Shown piece by piece: positions 44,492 through 56,200 of a stretch of 64,000 nt of DNA. Under the pieces are notes generated by a model. The model was not told the DNA's origin, made no database searches, and saw only the letters and a program-made list of their open reading frames with translations. This DNA comes from a virus. Position numbers and translations under genes: made by a program. The stretch lies in IMG/VR virus record IMGVR_UViG_3300020055_000004, one strand, 5' to 3'. Every line of letters starts with the position of its first letter. Position 1 is the first letter of the stretch.

Positions 44492-47400
44492 ATGCCCCTT
44501 ACTACAAATTTATCGGTTTCTCCTTACTTCGACGATTACGATACAAATAGCGAATACTATCGTATCTTATTTAAGCCAGCAACGGCAGTCCAAGTACGTG
44601 AGATGAATCAATTGCAGGCTATGCTGCAACACCAGATTGAAGAATTTGGTGATCATATATTGAGATCCGGAACGATTTTATCAGGATGCCAATTCTCATT
44701 TAAATACTCAATGCCATACGTTAAGATTCTCGATAATGCAGAATCTGGTGCAGCGGTTGATGTAGCTCGATATACTGGTTACTTTGTTGAGGGGCAAACA
44801 AACAAAGTAAACGCACGAATTACTCATACAATTGCAGGTTTTGAAGGATCTGATCCTGATCTTAACACCCTATATGTTGAATATACTGATTCCGGTACTA
44901 ATTTCGATATTGATGGTTTTGTAGAAGACGAAGTATTAAAAATTTATTCTGCGGATAAAAGACTACACGATATTATTATTACCGACCCGTCATCAGGCTT
45001 TGCTAACTCAGATACTGTAGTTATTTTGTCTGCAATTGAAGTATCAAACGTAACATCTGGTACATCTGAAGGTATATCATTAGGATCATCTGAAGTATTA
45101 TTGGATGACAGTGGCACACCGACGGTTCGTGTTGAAACATACGCTGCACAAGAAGTATTAGAAGAAGAAAATACTGTATTACTTCGTATTAAACCAGTTG
45201 ATTCTGATTTGGCGCCAACGCCAGATGCTACATTCTGGGAAAATTTGGAAGAAGGTACAACTCTTATTGGTCAAACAACCGGTCAAGAAGTAAAAGTTGT
45301 TAAGATTCGAGGAACTGGTGCAACAGGCAAAATTACTACAACTCGTACTGGTTCTATTGCATCAGCAGAAATTTCTACTGGTGGTAAAGATTATGATATA
45401 TTACCATATGTAACTCTTTATTCTACAACTGCAACTACACTTCAGGTTGGCCAATTAACTCTTACTGCACAGGATTATGTAACTAGAGTTAAAGTTGCAT
45501 CATCTGCACAGTTTACTGATCCGATTGGTTATGGTTTTGGCGTTAATGTAACTGAAGGTAAAATTTATCAGAAAGGTCATTTTCTAAAAGTTGATACTCA
45601 ATTTGCAATTGTCAGCAAATATTCTAATACTCCATCAGATTTGTCGGTTGGTTTCGATACAACTGAATCGATTGTAAACGTTTTTACAGATTCTACGTTG
45701 TATGATAATGCACAAGGTTTTTCAAACGAAGGTGCACCGGGTGCTAACAGACTTAAATTAATACCAAGATTGGTTGCTAAAACATCAGCTGAAGAAGAAT
45801 CTGATGCTGCATATTTTCCAATTATTAAATTTAATAATGGTCGACCTTTTGCTATTAATGAACTGACACAATACGGTAAGTTAGGTGATATGATTGCCCG
45901 ACGTACCTATGAAGAATCGGGTAACTATACTCTCGATCCCTTCCGATTGGCCACTAAATCATCAGAAAATATTGCAAATACAGATACACATTTTACATAT
46001 GTAATTGATCCCGGTCATGCATATATTAATGGTTATCGAGTAAAAACAATTGCTAACTTCATTAAAGAAGTACCTAAGGGATTGGAGGTTTTATCAGAAA
46101 CCGCCCTTGGTCGAGATATGGAATATGCTAACTACATCATTGTTAATAATTTAACTGGTGTATTTGATTTTAAAAATGCAGATGATATTGAATTATATAG
46201 TACTGCTGCATCGAAGTTAGATGATGCAAATGGTCCTGCCAGTGGAACTGCCGGCATGGGTACACAGGTTGGTTCTGCTAAAATTAGAAGTATTGTATTA
46301 GAAAATGGAACACCGGGCACACCATCGGCAACATATAGACTTCACTTATTTGATATTACAATGCAATCCGGTAAAAACTTCCAGCGCGATGTACGAAGTG
46401 TATATTCATCTGCTGGATCATTATTTGGTGCTGCAGATGTTGTTTTGACATCTGGTAGTGAATATACCTTACGTGAACTAAAGAGCACAGGAACTGGTGA
46501 TGCTAACGGCGAGTTTATACCAGCATCATATCGACAAAAAGCAGATATCTATGGATCAACAAATCAAAGTCTAATCGTAGATACTGGTCGAGCCACAACT
46601 CTTGATGGTGATGCAGCTAATAATGTTACATACACATATCGTACTAGTACAGATGATTTGACTGTAGGTTCTGCTGGTACAATTTCTATCAGTGCTGCAG
46701 CTTCTACGATATTTCCATATATTGGAAATCTTACAGATGCTGAAAGAAAAGAACTTATACTTGTACCTAATCAAGATTTAGTTGCAGGTTCGACTTTTGC
46801 ATCTGGTTTGACGTTTACTACTGATACTTCAGGTACTTATACTCTTCTAACTGCAACAGCAGGTACACCTAATTTCTCTTCGAATGTTCAAGCAGGAGAT
46901 TGGATTACAGATGGTGTAAATACTTCGCTCATCATTGAAGTAGTAGGACAAGATGCAATTAGAGTAATTAAAAATGGATCTTATCCTACAGCTGGCACAC
47001 TAAAGCGCGTATTCCCCGCGTATGTTCCTATTAATAGATTTACTGCATCATCTACGGCACCTTATTCTTCGTTGATTGTAGATCTCGGTATTACATTTAG
47101 TTCAGATATTACTAATGCACTAACTGCAACATATAATTTAAAGAGTGAAAATACTTCACCAATAGCGTTTACTGTACGAAGAAAAAGATATGTCAAATTA
47201 ACGACTGCAGCTGGTTTTACAAAAGAAGCAAATAGATCATTAGGTATACCGGGTATCTTTAGATTGCGCGCCGTATATAATGGTACGACAACAGCGGCAA
47301 CAGATATTACAAATGAATTCTTTGTTGATATGGGTCAGACTGCTAATTATTGGGGTTTAGGATCACTTCGAAAAAATGATACATCATCTGTGTCATTAGC

Positions 47401-50251
47401 AGCAACGATTTTGGTCGAAGTAGATTATTTGGAACCAGCTGCCCGCGGCGGCTTAAAAACTGTTGACTCATATCCTATTGATGATGAAAAAGATTTAGAT
47501 GCATTGACCACAGCTGGCACGAATATTCATAATCTTGAAATTCCTGTTATTACAGTACAAGGCATTACGTATGATTTACGAGAAGCATTTGACTTTAGAC
47601 CATTTGTAGATCAAACTGCTGCTGATGCTACCACAGATGCAACAGCATCAACCGATCCGAGTGGAACAATTGCATTTACTGGTCTCAGTGGTCTAAAATT
47701 CCCACGGCCGCAGGGCGATATTATATACGATATAAGATCATATAAGGGAAGAACAGATGAGATCATGATCGATATTGATGGTGATTTTCATATTGCTCAA
47801 GATACCAACAAATTAGATAAATCAGATCCAAACGCGATTGTCTTATATAAGGTAGATGTTGCTCCCTATCCTAGTTTACCACAAGTATTGTCGACAGACA
47901 TAACTACAATTCTATACACAAATGTCATCAGCGAACGCGATACTTCAGGATATCGTGGTGATCGATATTCTATCAAAGCTACCAGAATTGACGATCAAAA
48001 TGAAGGTTATACAATGTCAGACATCGCAAAATTAGAGCGACGTCTAGAAGCATTAGAATATAATCAAAATATATCAGAACTTGAAGACTCAGTTAAGAAT
48101 AGAAAAATCCCAAGTTCGGTAGATTCTACACTTGAAAGATTTAAGTTTGGTTTCTTTGTTGATAATTTTGAAAACTATGATCTGGCAAATATTCAAAATC
48201 CTGAATATAATGCATCAATTTATGAATATGTATTGCAACCAGCTCGTGGTACATCTACAATTGATTATAAGCTCGATGCACAGTCAGGACCATATAGAAC
48301 AGGAAATAAAGTTACTTTTCCATTTTCACGCAAAAGATTATTATCACAAAAATTTGCTACTTATGGACCATATATTCCTGAGCCACAGCCACCTGCCATT
48401 ACTGATGCATGTCAATTTGTATCGAATAGAAATACAAAGAATATAGGAGATTCAACGGGTAGTTGGTCTAAACTACAAAATGTTTGGGAAGAAGCTAGTT
48501 TCTTAGCACCCGATTTTACTGATAATTCAACTAGAAATATCGATCTTACTTTTTATATTCCGAGGGGCAAGGTTGCATTTGAAATTATTCAATCATCTAC
48601 TAAGCCTACGCGTGGATTGGAAAATGCAAATATAGTTTGGTCAAGTGCATCACAAACACCAGTCGCCGTAACACCGCCTGATGCAATTGCTCTTTATAAA
48701 AAATTATATCCTGTTAAAAATAGTAGAAATTCAGCTATTTCATATGCCGATAATCCGTGGTTTGTAGCATTGTCTGCAGCCGGAACTATAACCTTGACCG
48801 GTTCACCATCGGGCACTATTAATTACAATTGTTTTAAAGGTGCTGGAAAAATTTCCATTCCTTATGATTATACAAAAGGAAAATGGATCACAGTACGTGC
48901 TATTAAGGGTGGTGAAATATTTAACTATGAAATCTGTTATCCTACAATTACAGTTGCTGATCCAATCTTTGACACAGGTGCGACCGAAAGAAATACACGA
49001 CCACCTTCATCAGCTAAAGGCACATTCCTCTATACTAAATGTATTGGTACAACATTAGTAACATATGTTTCTGATGGCAATTATGGTACTCAAGTTGGTA
49101 ATAGGGCTCCTAATTCAACTAAATGTGGTTATGTAATACCTGTTCCTAATCCGGTACCAGTGCCTGAACCTGTTATTCCTGCTCCACCTGCGTGTCCTCC
49201 ATCTGGCACAGTAGCAAAAACATTTTGTACGGCTACTATTGATAAAACATTAAATACATTTGTTTTTACTGGTAAAAGAGGAACAAATGGTAAGTGTGCC
49301 ATTAAATTGTCGACATCAGATCCAAATAATGTTCCAGTATGTAAATATGTGGCACCAAAACCACCACCGCCTGTTTGTACGAGTCCTGTACGACCAGCAC
49401 CAAAACAAGACGATGGCTGTGATAATCCAACACCAACAAATCCGGATTGTTCAATTGCAGTAGCGCCACCGGTGAAACCAGCTGTACCTCCGGTAGTTGT
49501 TAGGCCACCAATCATTCGGGGAAGTCCTCCGCCCGTAGTACCTCCGGTGAAGGCACCACCAAAAGTTCCGCCGCCTATGCCGGATCCTTTGCCTGTGCCG
49601 CCTAAAGTGATTAAGCAGCCGCCAAGACAGCCAGCACCTAATCCAATACCGGATAAGGTACCTACTAGAAGGCCGCCGTATAGATCACCTTCGGTGCCGC
49701 CTAGCATTCCTCCGATTGCAACTAATCCGGTGACGCCGGCTACACCAGATCCAGCACCAAAAACAACACATGGTGGTCATGGATGCTTTGTAGCAAATAC
49801 GAAAATATTAATGAGTGATTTCTCTTATAAGAATATTCAAGATATTGTCGTAGGCGATGAAGTTGTAGGTCAACATGGCGAGTTTAATGATGTTGTAGAA
49901 TTGTTCCCAATTCCAGTTGAATTGAGACCGATGGCTACTATCAATGATAAACTAACATTGACAGCATATCATCCTATTTTAACCTCAGAAGGATGGCGAG
50001 CAGTTGATGCAGTTAAAGCAGCACAAATGCATCCTGATATGGAAATATCACAACTAGAAATTGGTGATACAATTATAACGTTAACTGATGCTGGTATGAC
50101 ATCTTCTGAAGTTGTAATAAATATTCATAAGTTTGATGATAGTATTGAAGTGTTTAACTTCCACGTTGATGGTGATAATACTTACACAGCCGACAACGTC
50201 GTTGTACATAATAAACTAACCAGACATATTAGAACTACTAGACTACATTAA
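44492..50251 (+). CDS. Large virion protein (DUF4815/VrlC-like) with Cys/Pro-rich tether and C-terminal Hint domain
   Basis: NLSVSPYFDDY...ILFKP..VQ.RE.NQLQ, APGANRLK, ARRTYEESGNY, RFKFGFFVDNF; Hint at the C-terminus. Confidence 0.85.
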   Translation: MPLTTNLSVSPYFDDYDTNSEYYRILFKPATAVQVREMNQLQAMLQHQIEEFGDHILRSGTILSGCQFSFKYSMPYVKILDNAESGAAVDVARYTGYFVEGQTNKVNARITHTIAGFEGSDPDLNTLYVEYTDSGTNFDIDGFVEDEVLKIYSADKRLHDIIITDPSSGFANSDTVVILSAIEVSNVTSGTSEGISLGSSEVLLDDSGTPTVRVETYAAQEVLEEENTVLLRIKPVDSDLAPTPDATFWENLEEGTTLIGQTTGQEVKVVKIRGTGATGKITTTRTGSIASAEISTGGKDYDILPYVTLYSTTATTLQVGQLTLTAQDYVTRVKVASSAQFTDPIGYGFGVNVTEGKIYQKGHFLKVDTQFAIVSKYSNTPSDLSVGFDTTESIVNVFTDSTLYDNAQGFSNEGAPGANRLKLIPRLVAKTSAEEESDAAYFPIIKFNNGRPFAINELTQYGKLGDMIARRTYEESGNYTLDPFRLATKSSENIANTDTHFTYVIDPGHAYINGYRVKTIANFIKEVPKGLEVLSETALGRDMEYANYIIVNNLTGVFDFKNADDIELYSTAASKLDDANGPASGTAGMGTQVGSAKIRSIVLENGTPGTPSATYRLHLFDITMQSGKNFQRDVRSVYSSAGSLFGAADVVLTSGSEYTLRELKSTGTGDANGEFIPASYRQKADIYGSTNQSLIVDTGRATTLDGDAANNVTYTYRTSTDDLTVGSAGTISISAAASTIFPYIGNLTDAERKELILVPNQDLVAGSTFASGLTFTTDTSGTYTLLTATAGTPNFSSNVQAGDWITDGVNTSLIIEVVGQDAIRVIKNGSYPTAGTLKRVFPAYVPINRFTASSTAPYSSLIVDLGITFSSDITNALTATYNLKSENTSPIAFTVRRKRYVKLTTAAGFTKEANRSLGIPGIFRLRAVYNGTTTAATDITNEFFVDMGQTANYWGLGSLRKNDTSSVSLAATILVEVDYLEPAARGGLKTVDSYPIDDEKDLDALTTAGTNIHNLEIPVITVQGITYDLREAFDFRPFVDQTAADATTDATASTDPSGTIAFTGLSGLKFPRPQGDIIYDIRSYKGRTDEIMIDIDGDFHIAQDTNKLDKSDPNAIVLYKVDVAPYPSLPQVLSTDITTILYTNVISERDTSGYRGDRYSIKATRIDDQNEGYTMSDIAKLERRLEALEYNQNISELEDSVKNRKIPSSVDSTLERFKFGFFVDNFENYDLANIQNPEYNASIYEYVLQPARGTSTIDYKLDAQSGPYRTGNKVTFPFSRKRLLSQKFATYGPYIPEPQPPAITDACQFVSNRNTKNIGDSTGSWSKLQNVWEEASFLAPDFTDNSTRNIDLTFYIPRGKVAFEIIQSSTKPTRGLENANIVWSSASQTPVAVTPPDAIALYKKLYPVKNSRNSAISYADNPWFVALSAAGTITLTGSPSGTINYNCFKGAGKISIPYDYTKGKWITVRAIKGGEIFNYEICYPTITVADPIFDTGATERNTRPPSSAKGTFLYTKCIGTTLVTYVSDGNYGTQVGNRAPNSTKCGYVIPVPNPVPVPEPVIPAPPACPPSGTVAKTFCTATIDKTLNTFVFTGKRGTNGKCAIKLSTSDPNNVPVCKYVAPKPPPPVCTSPVRPAPKQDDGCDNPTPTNPDCSIAVAPPVKPAVPPVVVRPPIIRGSPPPVVPPVKAPPKVPPPMPDPLPVPPKVIKQPPRQPAPNPIPDKVPTRRPPYRSPSVPPSIPPIATNPVTPATPDPAPKTTHGGHGCFVANTKILMSDFSYKNIQDIVVGDEVVGQHGEFNDVVELFPIPVELRPMATINDKLTLTAYHPILTSEGWRAVDAVKAAQMHPDMEISQLEIGDTIITLTDAGMTSSEVVINIHKFDDSIEVFNFHVDGDNTYTADNVVVHNKLTRHIRTTRLH
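49784..50212 (+). other. Hint (intein-like/BIL) domain, 143 aa
   Basis: Block A CFVANTKI, block B TAYHPI, block F VFNFHV.G.NTY, block G VVHN followed by K. Confidence 0.9.
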
Positions 50252-50263
50252 TAAGGTACAATA

Positions 50264-53029
50264 ATGGCTCGTAAAAGATTAATAGGAAATTTAGCAGCTT
50301 TAAAGCAAAAAGATGATAATTTCTTTTCATTGCCTGAAAAATATGAGTTGAATCATGTGCCAGGTGGTTTAACTAAAATCAAAGCGGCTGGGTTAAAACC
50401 TAATACTCGTTATAAGGTAATGTTAGATAATAAACCCGGTCAACAATTTGAAGATGTGACTGATTTCTCTTTACCTATCGGTGAATCTATAAAAAATAAT
50501 TTACACCGGGCTGGCAATAGAGGCATACTGACATATTTAAAAACTGATGATGCTGGTAAATTAGATTTAACGGTAATGAACTTTGGCGGCGATGCTATTA
50601 GTACTGTCGGTACTCCTACGGCTGGTCAACGTAGTGCAGTCGAACTGTGGAAACAATATCGGCAGCGTAGTAAGAGTCATGATAAAGGTCGGGAAAAAAT
50701 TAAACTTATCGAGTATTCACAAGTTAATAATCCTGATTCTGATTCAAGAATTAAAACTGTAAAGTTTCAATATAATAGTAGTACAATTGATGACGAAGCT
50801 AATATTGGTGATGACGCGTTACCTCCGGGTATTATTGCAGATGCAACACTGCCAAAAACAGGTAAACATCGACCAAGACGACAAACCGAAACAACTGGTG
50901 CATTTTATCAAACGTTTTTCATTAATTCTAGACTTGTCGGTGGATCAAAAACTGTCGATATTACAGATGTAGTTTTATATTTACGAAGAAAGCCTGGCCA
51001 AACAGGTAATAGAAGCGGCCGAAAAAATCCGGGCATTAACGTTATTTTGTTGGAATGTAATGCAGATGGAAGTCCAAATATCAGTGGTCGATTTGAAGAC
51101 GGTGTCGCTCGAGCAGAATGGCACGAAACTAAAGCTTCACCACTCGCTGCATCAGGTACTAGATTTGAATTCGATTCTCCAGTAACTGTTGACACCAATA
51201 AATCATATGCTCTTTGTATACAACCAGAAGATGAAGAATATATTTTTTGGTACAGTCAAAAAGGTGATTTATTATTGGTAAATGGTAATAGATCCGAACA
51301 GCGTTCAGGTGGATCATCAAAAGAACATCAAGGTGATTATTATCCTGCACGTACTTCTGCTAGTCGCGGTGCAGTCTTAAGTGCTAAGAGAGAACGACCT
51401 TGGCAACCTGATACAAATCTAGATTTAAAATTCGATGTAAATATTGCTGAATATAATATCGGTGATGTATCAGTAAACTTTATACACAAAGACTATGAAT
51501 TTATACAATTAGTTTATGGCACAGACGATAATTGGATGCCCGGCGAATGGGTTTATAAAGATAAAACAGCAGATTCTACTGGTATTTCAATTACAGCAGG
51601 TCAAAAAGTTATTACCGGAACAGGAATGGCATCTGTTAACGACGGCGATAAGTTAGTTGTAATAGATGGTACAGATAGTACAATTGTACAAATATTTACA
51701 GTAGATACGAGTATCGCTGCACCGTCATCAACTAAAATATATGTAGAAGAATATTGTGAAAGAACAATTACTAATGGTAGTTTTAAAAACACAGTAATTG
51801 GAAGAATCGAAGTATATGATTTCGATTTTAAATTTATGAGATTGAATGATTCGTCAGTAAATGTTACACAATATGATGTGGATAATACTAAACGTTTTTG
51901 GGCAGCCGATACTATTATAGGTCATCAATCAGGATCTACAGGTACAATTGATTATATGGATACTCTTGATGTATCTATTTTTAGAACAGCTTGGAATGGT
52001 GATTTGCCTACTGAATTCGATGCTACATCTTATTACAAATTTGCAGAATCGGTTGGCGGTGGTGTATATGAATTAGATGATACTACTCCAAATATGTATT
52101 TGAACGCAGTAAATAATGTTGACTATACTGCTGAAATTCTATCAAAATCAATAGAAGTTGATCAATCTACTAATATGCATAATGCATCAAGCGATTCAAA
52201 ATCATCTATACTTAATCTATCATTTGTTTATAATGGACAAAAAACAAAAGTCTATAATGTACCAGCTTTTGAAATTGATGAATTACAGGTTGTTGCTCAT
52301 AGATTTGCTATTAACAATGATTCGACTAACGAACATACGAATGATGGTAATGCGATTACTAAACATATTTCTAAGAAATTAGAGTTTGATGGCCAAAGAG
52401 CCGAGGACATACGTGTTATTATTAATGCATACAGACCACGACAAACAGAAATTGAAATTTATGCTAAAATTCTAAACTCAGATGATCCAGCATCGTTCGA
52501 TGATAAGTATTGGACCAAATTGACAAATTTATCTTCTATTGATGATTATTCATCATCTTTGAATAGAACGGATTATAGAGAATATGAATACGGATTTCCA
52601 TTCTATCCACCTTCTGCAACAACATTGAGTGGAGAATATACGGCTACATTAGATAGTGCAGTTTTAACGACAACATCTGGAACTGGTACAGATGTATCAG
52701 CAGGCGACGTAATTAAAATTTATAGTCCTATTTTCTCAGATAATTATGGAGTATTTTCAGTTGAAACTTCAGATGCTGGATCAATTACATTGAATGAACC
52801 TGTATCAAATACCAGTATAGCACAAGATGGTTTAAAAATTGATACACTAACGACACCATATACTGCATTTAAGAATATCGAAAATGACGATATCGTTAGA
52901 TACTTTGGTGTATCAGGTGAATCATATGATAACTATGATACTGTTGCAATAAAGATTGTGTTACTGGCGGAAGATCGTAAATTAACACCTAAAGTTGATG
53001 ATTACAGAGTTATAGGAGTTTCTGCATAA
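50264..53029 (+). CDS. Virion structural protein (C-terminal part of the VrlC-like family)
   Basis: GLKPNTRY, YQTFF, F.FDSPV, DLKFDV, KHISKK, EYEY and IKIVL...PKV.DYRVI motifs. Confidence 0.75.
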   Translation: MARKRLIGNLAALKQKDDNFFSLPEKYELNHVPGGLTKIKAAGLKPNTRYKVMLDNKPGQQFEDVTDFSLPIGESIKNNLHRAGNRGILTYLKTDDAGKLDLTVMNFGGDAISTVGTPTAGQRSAVELWKQYRQRSKSHDKGREKIKLIEYSQVNNPDSDSRIKTVKFQYNSSTIDDEANIGDDALPPGIIADATLPKTGKHRPRRQTETTGAFYQTFFINSRLVGGSKTVDITDVVLYLRRKPGQTGNRSGRKNPGINVILLECNADGSPNISGRFEDGVARAEWHETKASPLAASGTRFEFDSPVTVDTNKSYALCIQPEDEEYIFWYSQKGDLLLVNGNRSEQRSGGSSKEHQGDYYPARTSASRGAVLSAKRERPWQPDTNLDLKFDVNIAEYNIGDVSVNFIHKDYEFIQLVYGTDDNWMPGEWVYKDKTADSTGISITAGQKVITGTGMASVNDGDKLVVIDGTDSTIVQIFTVDTSIAAPSSTKIYVEEYCERTITNGSFKNTVIGRIEVYDFDFKFMRLNDSSVNVTQYDVDNTKRFWAADTIIGHQSGSTGTIDYMDTLDVSIFRTAWNGDLPTEFDATSYYKFAESVGGGVYELDDTTPNMYLNAVNNVDYTAEILSKSIEVDQSTNMHNASSDSKSSILNLSFVYNGQKTKVYNVPAFEIDELQVVAHRFAINNDSTNEHTNDGNAITKHISKKLEFDGQRAEDIRVIINAYRPRQTEIEIYAKILNSDDPASFDDKYWTKLTNLSSIDDYSSSLNRTDYREYEYGFPFYPPSATTLSGEYTATLDSAVLTTTSGTGTDVSAGDVIKIYSPIFSDNYGVFSVETSDAGSITLNEPVSNTSIAQDGLKIDTLTTPYTAFKNIENDDIVRYFGVSGESYDNYDTVAIKIVLLAEDRKLTPKVDDYRVIGVSA

Positions 53030-53214
53030 TGTCAGAAAGTTTAGTGAAGATTGATGAAGGTGTGTTTATAAATAATAATATCGATGAATTCGAACAATAT
53101 AAATTAGCAAGACGCCGGGCAAAAAGAGAAGTAGATTTGTCAGCTCGTATTTCACGGTTAGAAAACGAAATCGCAGATTTAAAAAAAATAATCAAAGATT
53201 TAACAGTAGGATAA
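53029..53214 (+). CDS. Small coiled-coil protein
   Basis: TAATG coupling; RISRLENEIADLKKII. Confidence 0.7.
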   Translation: MSESLVKIDEGVFINNNIDEFEQYKLARRRAKREVDLSARISRLENEIADLKKIIKDLTVG

Positions 53215-53218
53215 AGTA

Positions 53219-56200
53219 ATGGCATTACTTTCAGGTTTTGATCAGATAGATCCAGCTAACGACTCATTTAGCGATTGGTTACAAAAAACCAATGAGATGT
53301 TGTTGATCATCCGAGGTAACACAGTTCCCGGTACTACACAGGCAATGACTGCAAATAGTTTGCCCGGTGGTTCTATGACTTGGGGTAATGCGACACTCTT
53401 CGGTCAATTTACTGCCAACACAATGGTTGTACTCAATGATGGTGGAAACGACGGATCAGATGATAATGTTTTCGCTAACGGAAGCTTTGGTGGTTTAAGG
53501 GGCGGCAACTGGGATCCAGCAACTAATAATATTAGCGCCGATACACTTTACGTAGTTTCAAATACTACATTTACAGATGAAGGTAACGTTGTATATGTCG
53601 ATACAATGTACGGTCTTCAAGTAGAAGCCAATACAGAACTACGACATGATGTTTTGTTCGTAGGCAATGGCGGCACAGCCGTTAATCCAAAGTTGAAGTG
53701 GGAAGATGCTGATAATATCCTCAGCTTTAATGATAATGTCCGTGCAGTCTTTGGTAAAGATTCGGGTTCAGAAGTTGTAGGCGGTACAGGTCAAGCAGAA
53801 TTCTTATTTGTTGACGCAGATAGTCGAATGTATGTCAACACAGAGAACATGAACATTCGTGCAAATACTGACGTCAACTTTATTACAGATAACTTCGAGC
53901 TGAAGTCAGATATAGGTTCAGAACTTTATATCTCAGCTGATGTTGCAGATAACAGCACAGTCAAGCTATATTACGAAGGAAATCTTAGACTCTCCACGAA
54001 TACTCATGGTGTTGTAGTCGATGGTGATACTATTATCAAAGATGACATCGTAATGTTTGATACCGGTCGAATCATGATGGGTGGAACATACCCATATGAT
54101 GGCACACAAGATATTGCAACATATAACTTCCAGATTTATACTGATGGCACAGACGGTATTATTGTATCAGGTGATAAGGATCTAAATATTTTCGTGCACG
54201 AAGGATTCAATCTTACGAATGAGCCCGGTACGATAAACTTTATTACTGCAAATAACGATGGCTCGAGCGAAGTTGTTCTTTATAACAATGGTGATGCTCG
54301 TCTCGAAACAACAGGAACACAATTAGGTGAAGTACCGGGTGTAGAAGTATTTGGCGAAGCTAATACAACAACACTTCGAGTCAGAGAAGATGCAAACTTT
54401 GATGGATTTGGTGGACTTAATTCAAACAACGTACATTGGGATGCATCAGCAAATACGTGGAACTATCGTGACGCAACTAAGATTACTCTTGGTGACAGTG
54501 ATGACTGGGAAATGTTTTATACTGCTGCCGGTCGAGCCTATTCGAATACGGACAATCAAGACATTCGAGCTCGCGTCGATCTTAATATCATTTCAGATAT
54601 TGTAGAAATTAAATCAGAACTCGGTAGCGAATTGTATATGTCGGCCGATGTTGCTGACAATAGCACAGTTAAACTTTACTACGAAGGCAATGTAAGACTG
54701 TCGACAAATACACACGGTATAGTTGTTGATGGTGATACGATTGTAAAAGACAATGTCGTAGTCTTCGATAATAATAAGATTTTGATGGGTGGCACATATC
54801 CATACACAGGCGCCGAAGACATCGCTGATTATAATTTCCAAATTTACACCGATGGAACTGATGGTATTATTGTTTCTGGTGATAAAGATCTAAATATTTT
54901 TGTACACGAAGGATTTAATCTTACTAACGAGCCTGGCACTATTAGCTTTATTACTGCTAATAATGACGGATCGAGTGAAGTTGTTCTTTATAATGGTGGT
55001 GTTGCTAGACTTGAAACAACAGGAACACAATTAGGTGAAGTACCCGGCGTTGAAATACACGGTGAAGCAAATACAGATACGTTAAGAGTCACAGAAGATG
55101 CTAACTTCGATGGATCTGGTGGATTAGATTCTAATAATGTTCATTGGGATGCATCGGCTAATACATGGAACTACCGTGATGCAACTAAGATTACTCTTGG
55201 TGATAGCGATGATTGGGAGATGTTCTATCTAGCAGCTGGCCGTGCATACTCTAACACCGATAATATGGATATTCGTGCTCGCACAGACATGAATATGATT
55301 ACCGACACGTTTGAGTTGAAGTCTGAATCCGGTGCAGAATTATACATGTCAGCTAATGTAGCTGATAATAGCACAGTTAGATTATACTACGAAGGTTCTG
55401 AACGTCTACAAACAAATACACACGGTGTTGAAGTTACAGGTGAATTGGTAGCCAACGGTGGTATTGTTACATACAACGACCAACCAATCGAAATGGGTGG
55501 CGCGAACTACGCTGCAGCTCATAACTTTACGATTGTTACCGACGGTACTGATACAACAATTACAGAAACAGCTAATGATCTATTTGTTCGTGTACAAGAT
55601 AATTTCCGTGTCACTGATGATACCGGTGTTACTTCTCTTATCGTAGCAAACACATCAGGCGAAGTAACTCTCTATCATAATAACAATCAAAAGTTACAAA
55701 CAAATAATTATGGTATCGAAGTTACTGGCGAAGCTAATACTGGAACATTGCGGGTTCGTACTGACGCAAACTTCGACGGTACCGATGCTAATGGAGATAT
55801 TTTATTAGATTCTAATAATATGTCATGGGATGGTAGTGCTAATACATTATATTTAAAAGACAGTTCACCAATTGTAATTGGTGATGGCGGAGATCTAAGC
55901 ATTTATCATGACGGCACTAATAGTTATATTGAAGAAGCTAATACCGGTAGCCTTATTATCGAAGGTACAAATTTAGTACTAAGAGCGACTGACGATTCTC
56001 GCTATCTAGAAGGTATCGATGGAACTGGTACTCGACTTTATTCACCTGATGATACTATAGCATTAGTTGCAAACAATAATCAGATTCATATTACTGACCT
56101 CGCTAATACTTCAACTTTACGCGTCCGTAGTACTTCATTGTTTGAAGGTAGTATTGATATCGAAGGTTCTACAAGTGTTAATACTCTTACTTGGACTAAA

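Noticed and set aside
49129-49707. 192-aa Gly-rich antisense ORF
   Set aside because: Mirror of Pro (CCN) codons on the coding strand
49784-50212. Canonical mobile intein
   Set aside because: The +1 residue is Lys, there is no homing endonuclease, and it sits at the C-terminus rather than in a conserved enzyme motif
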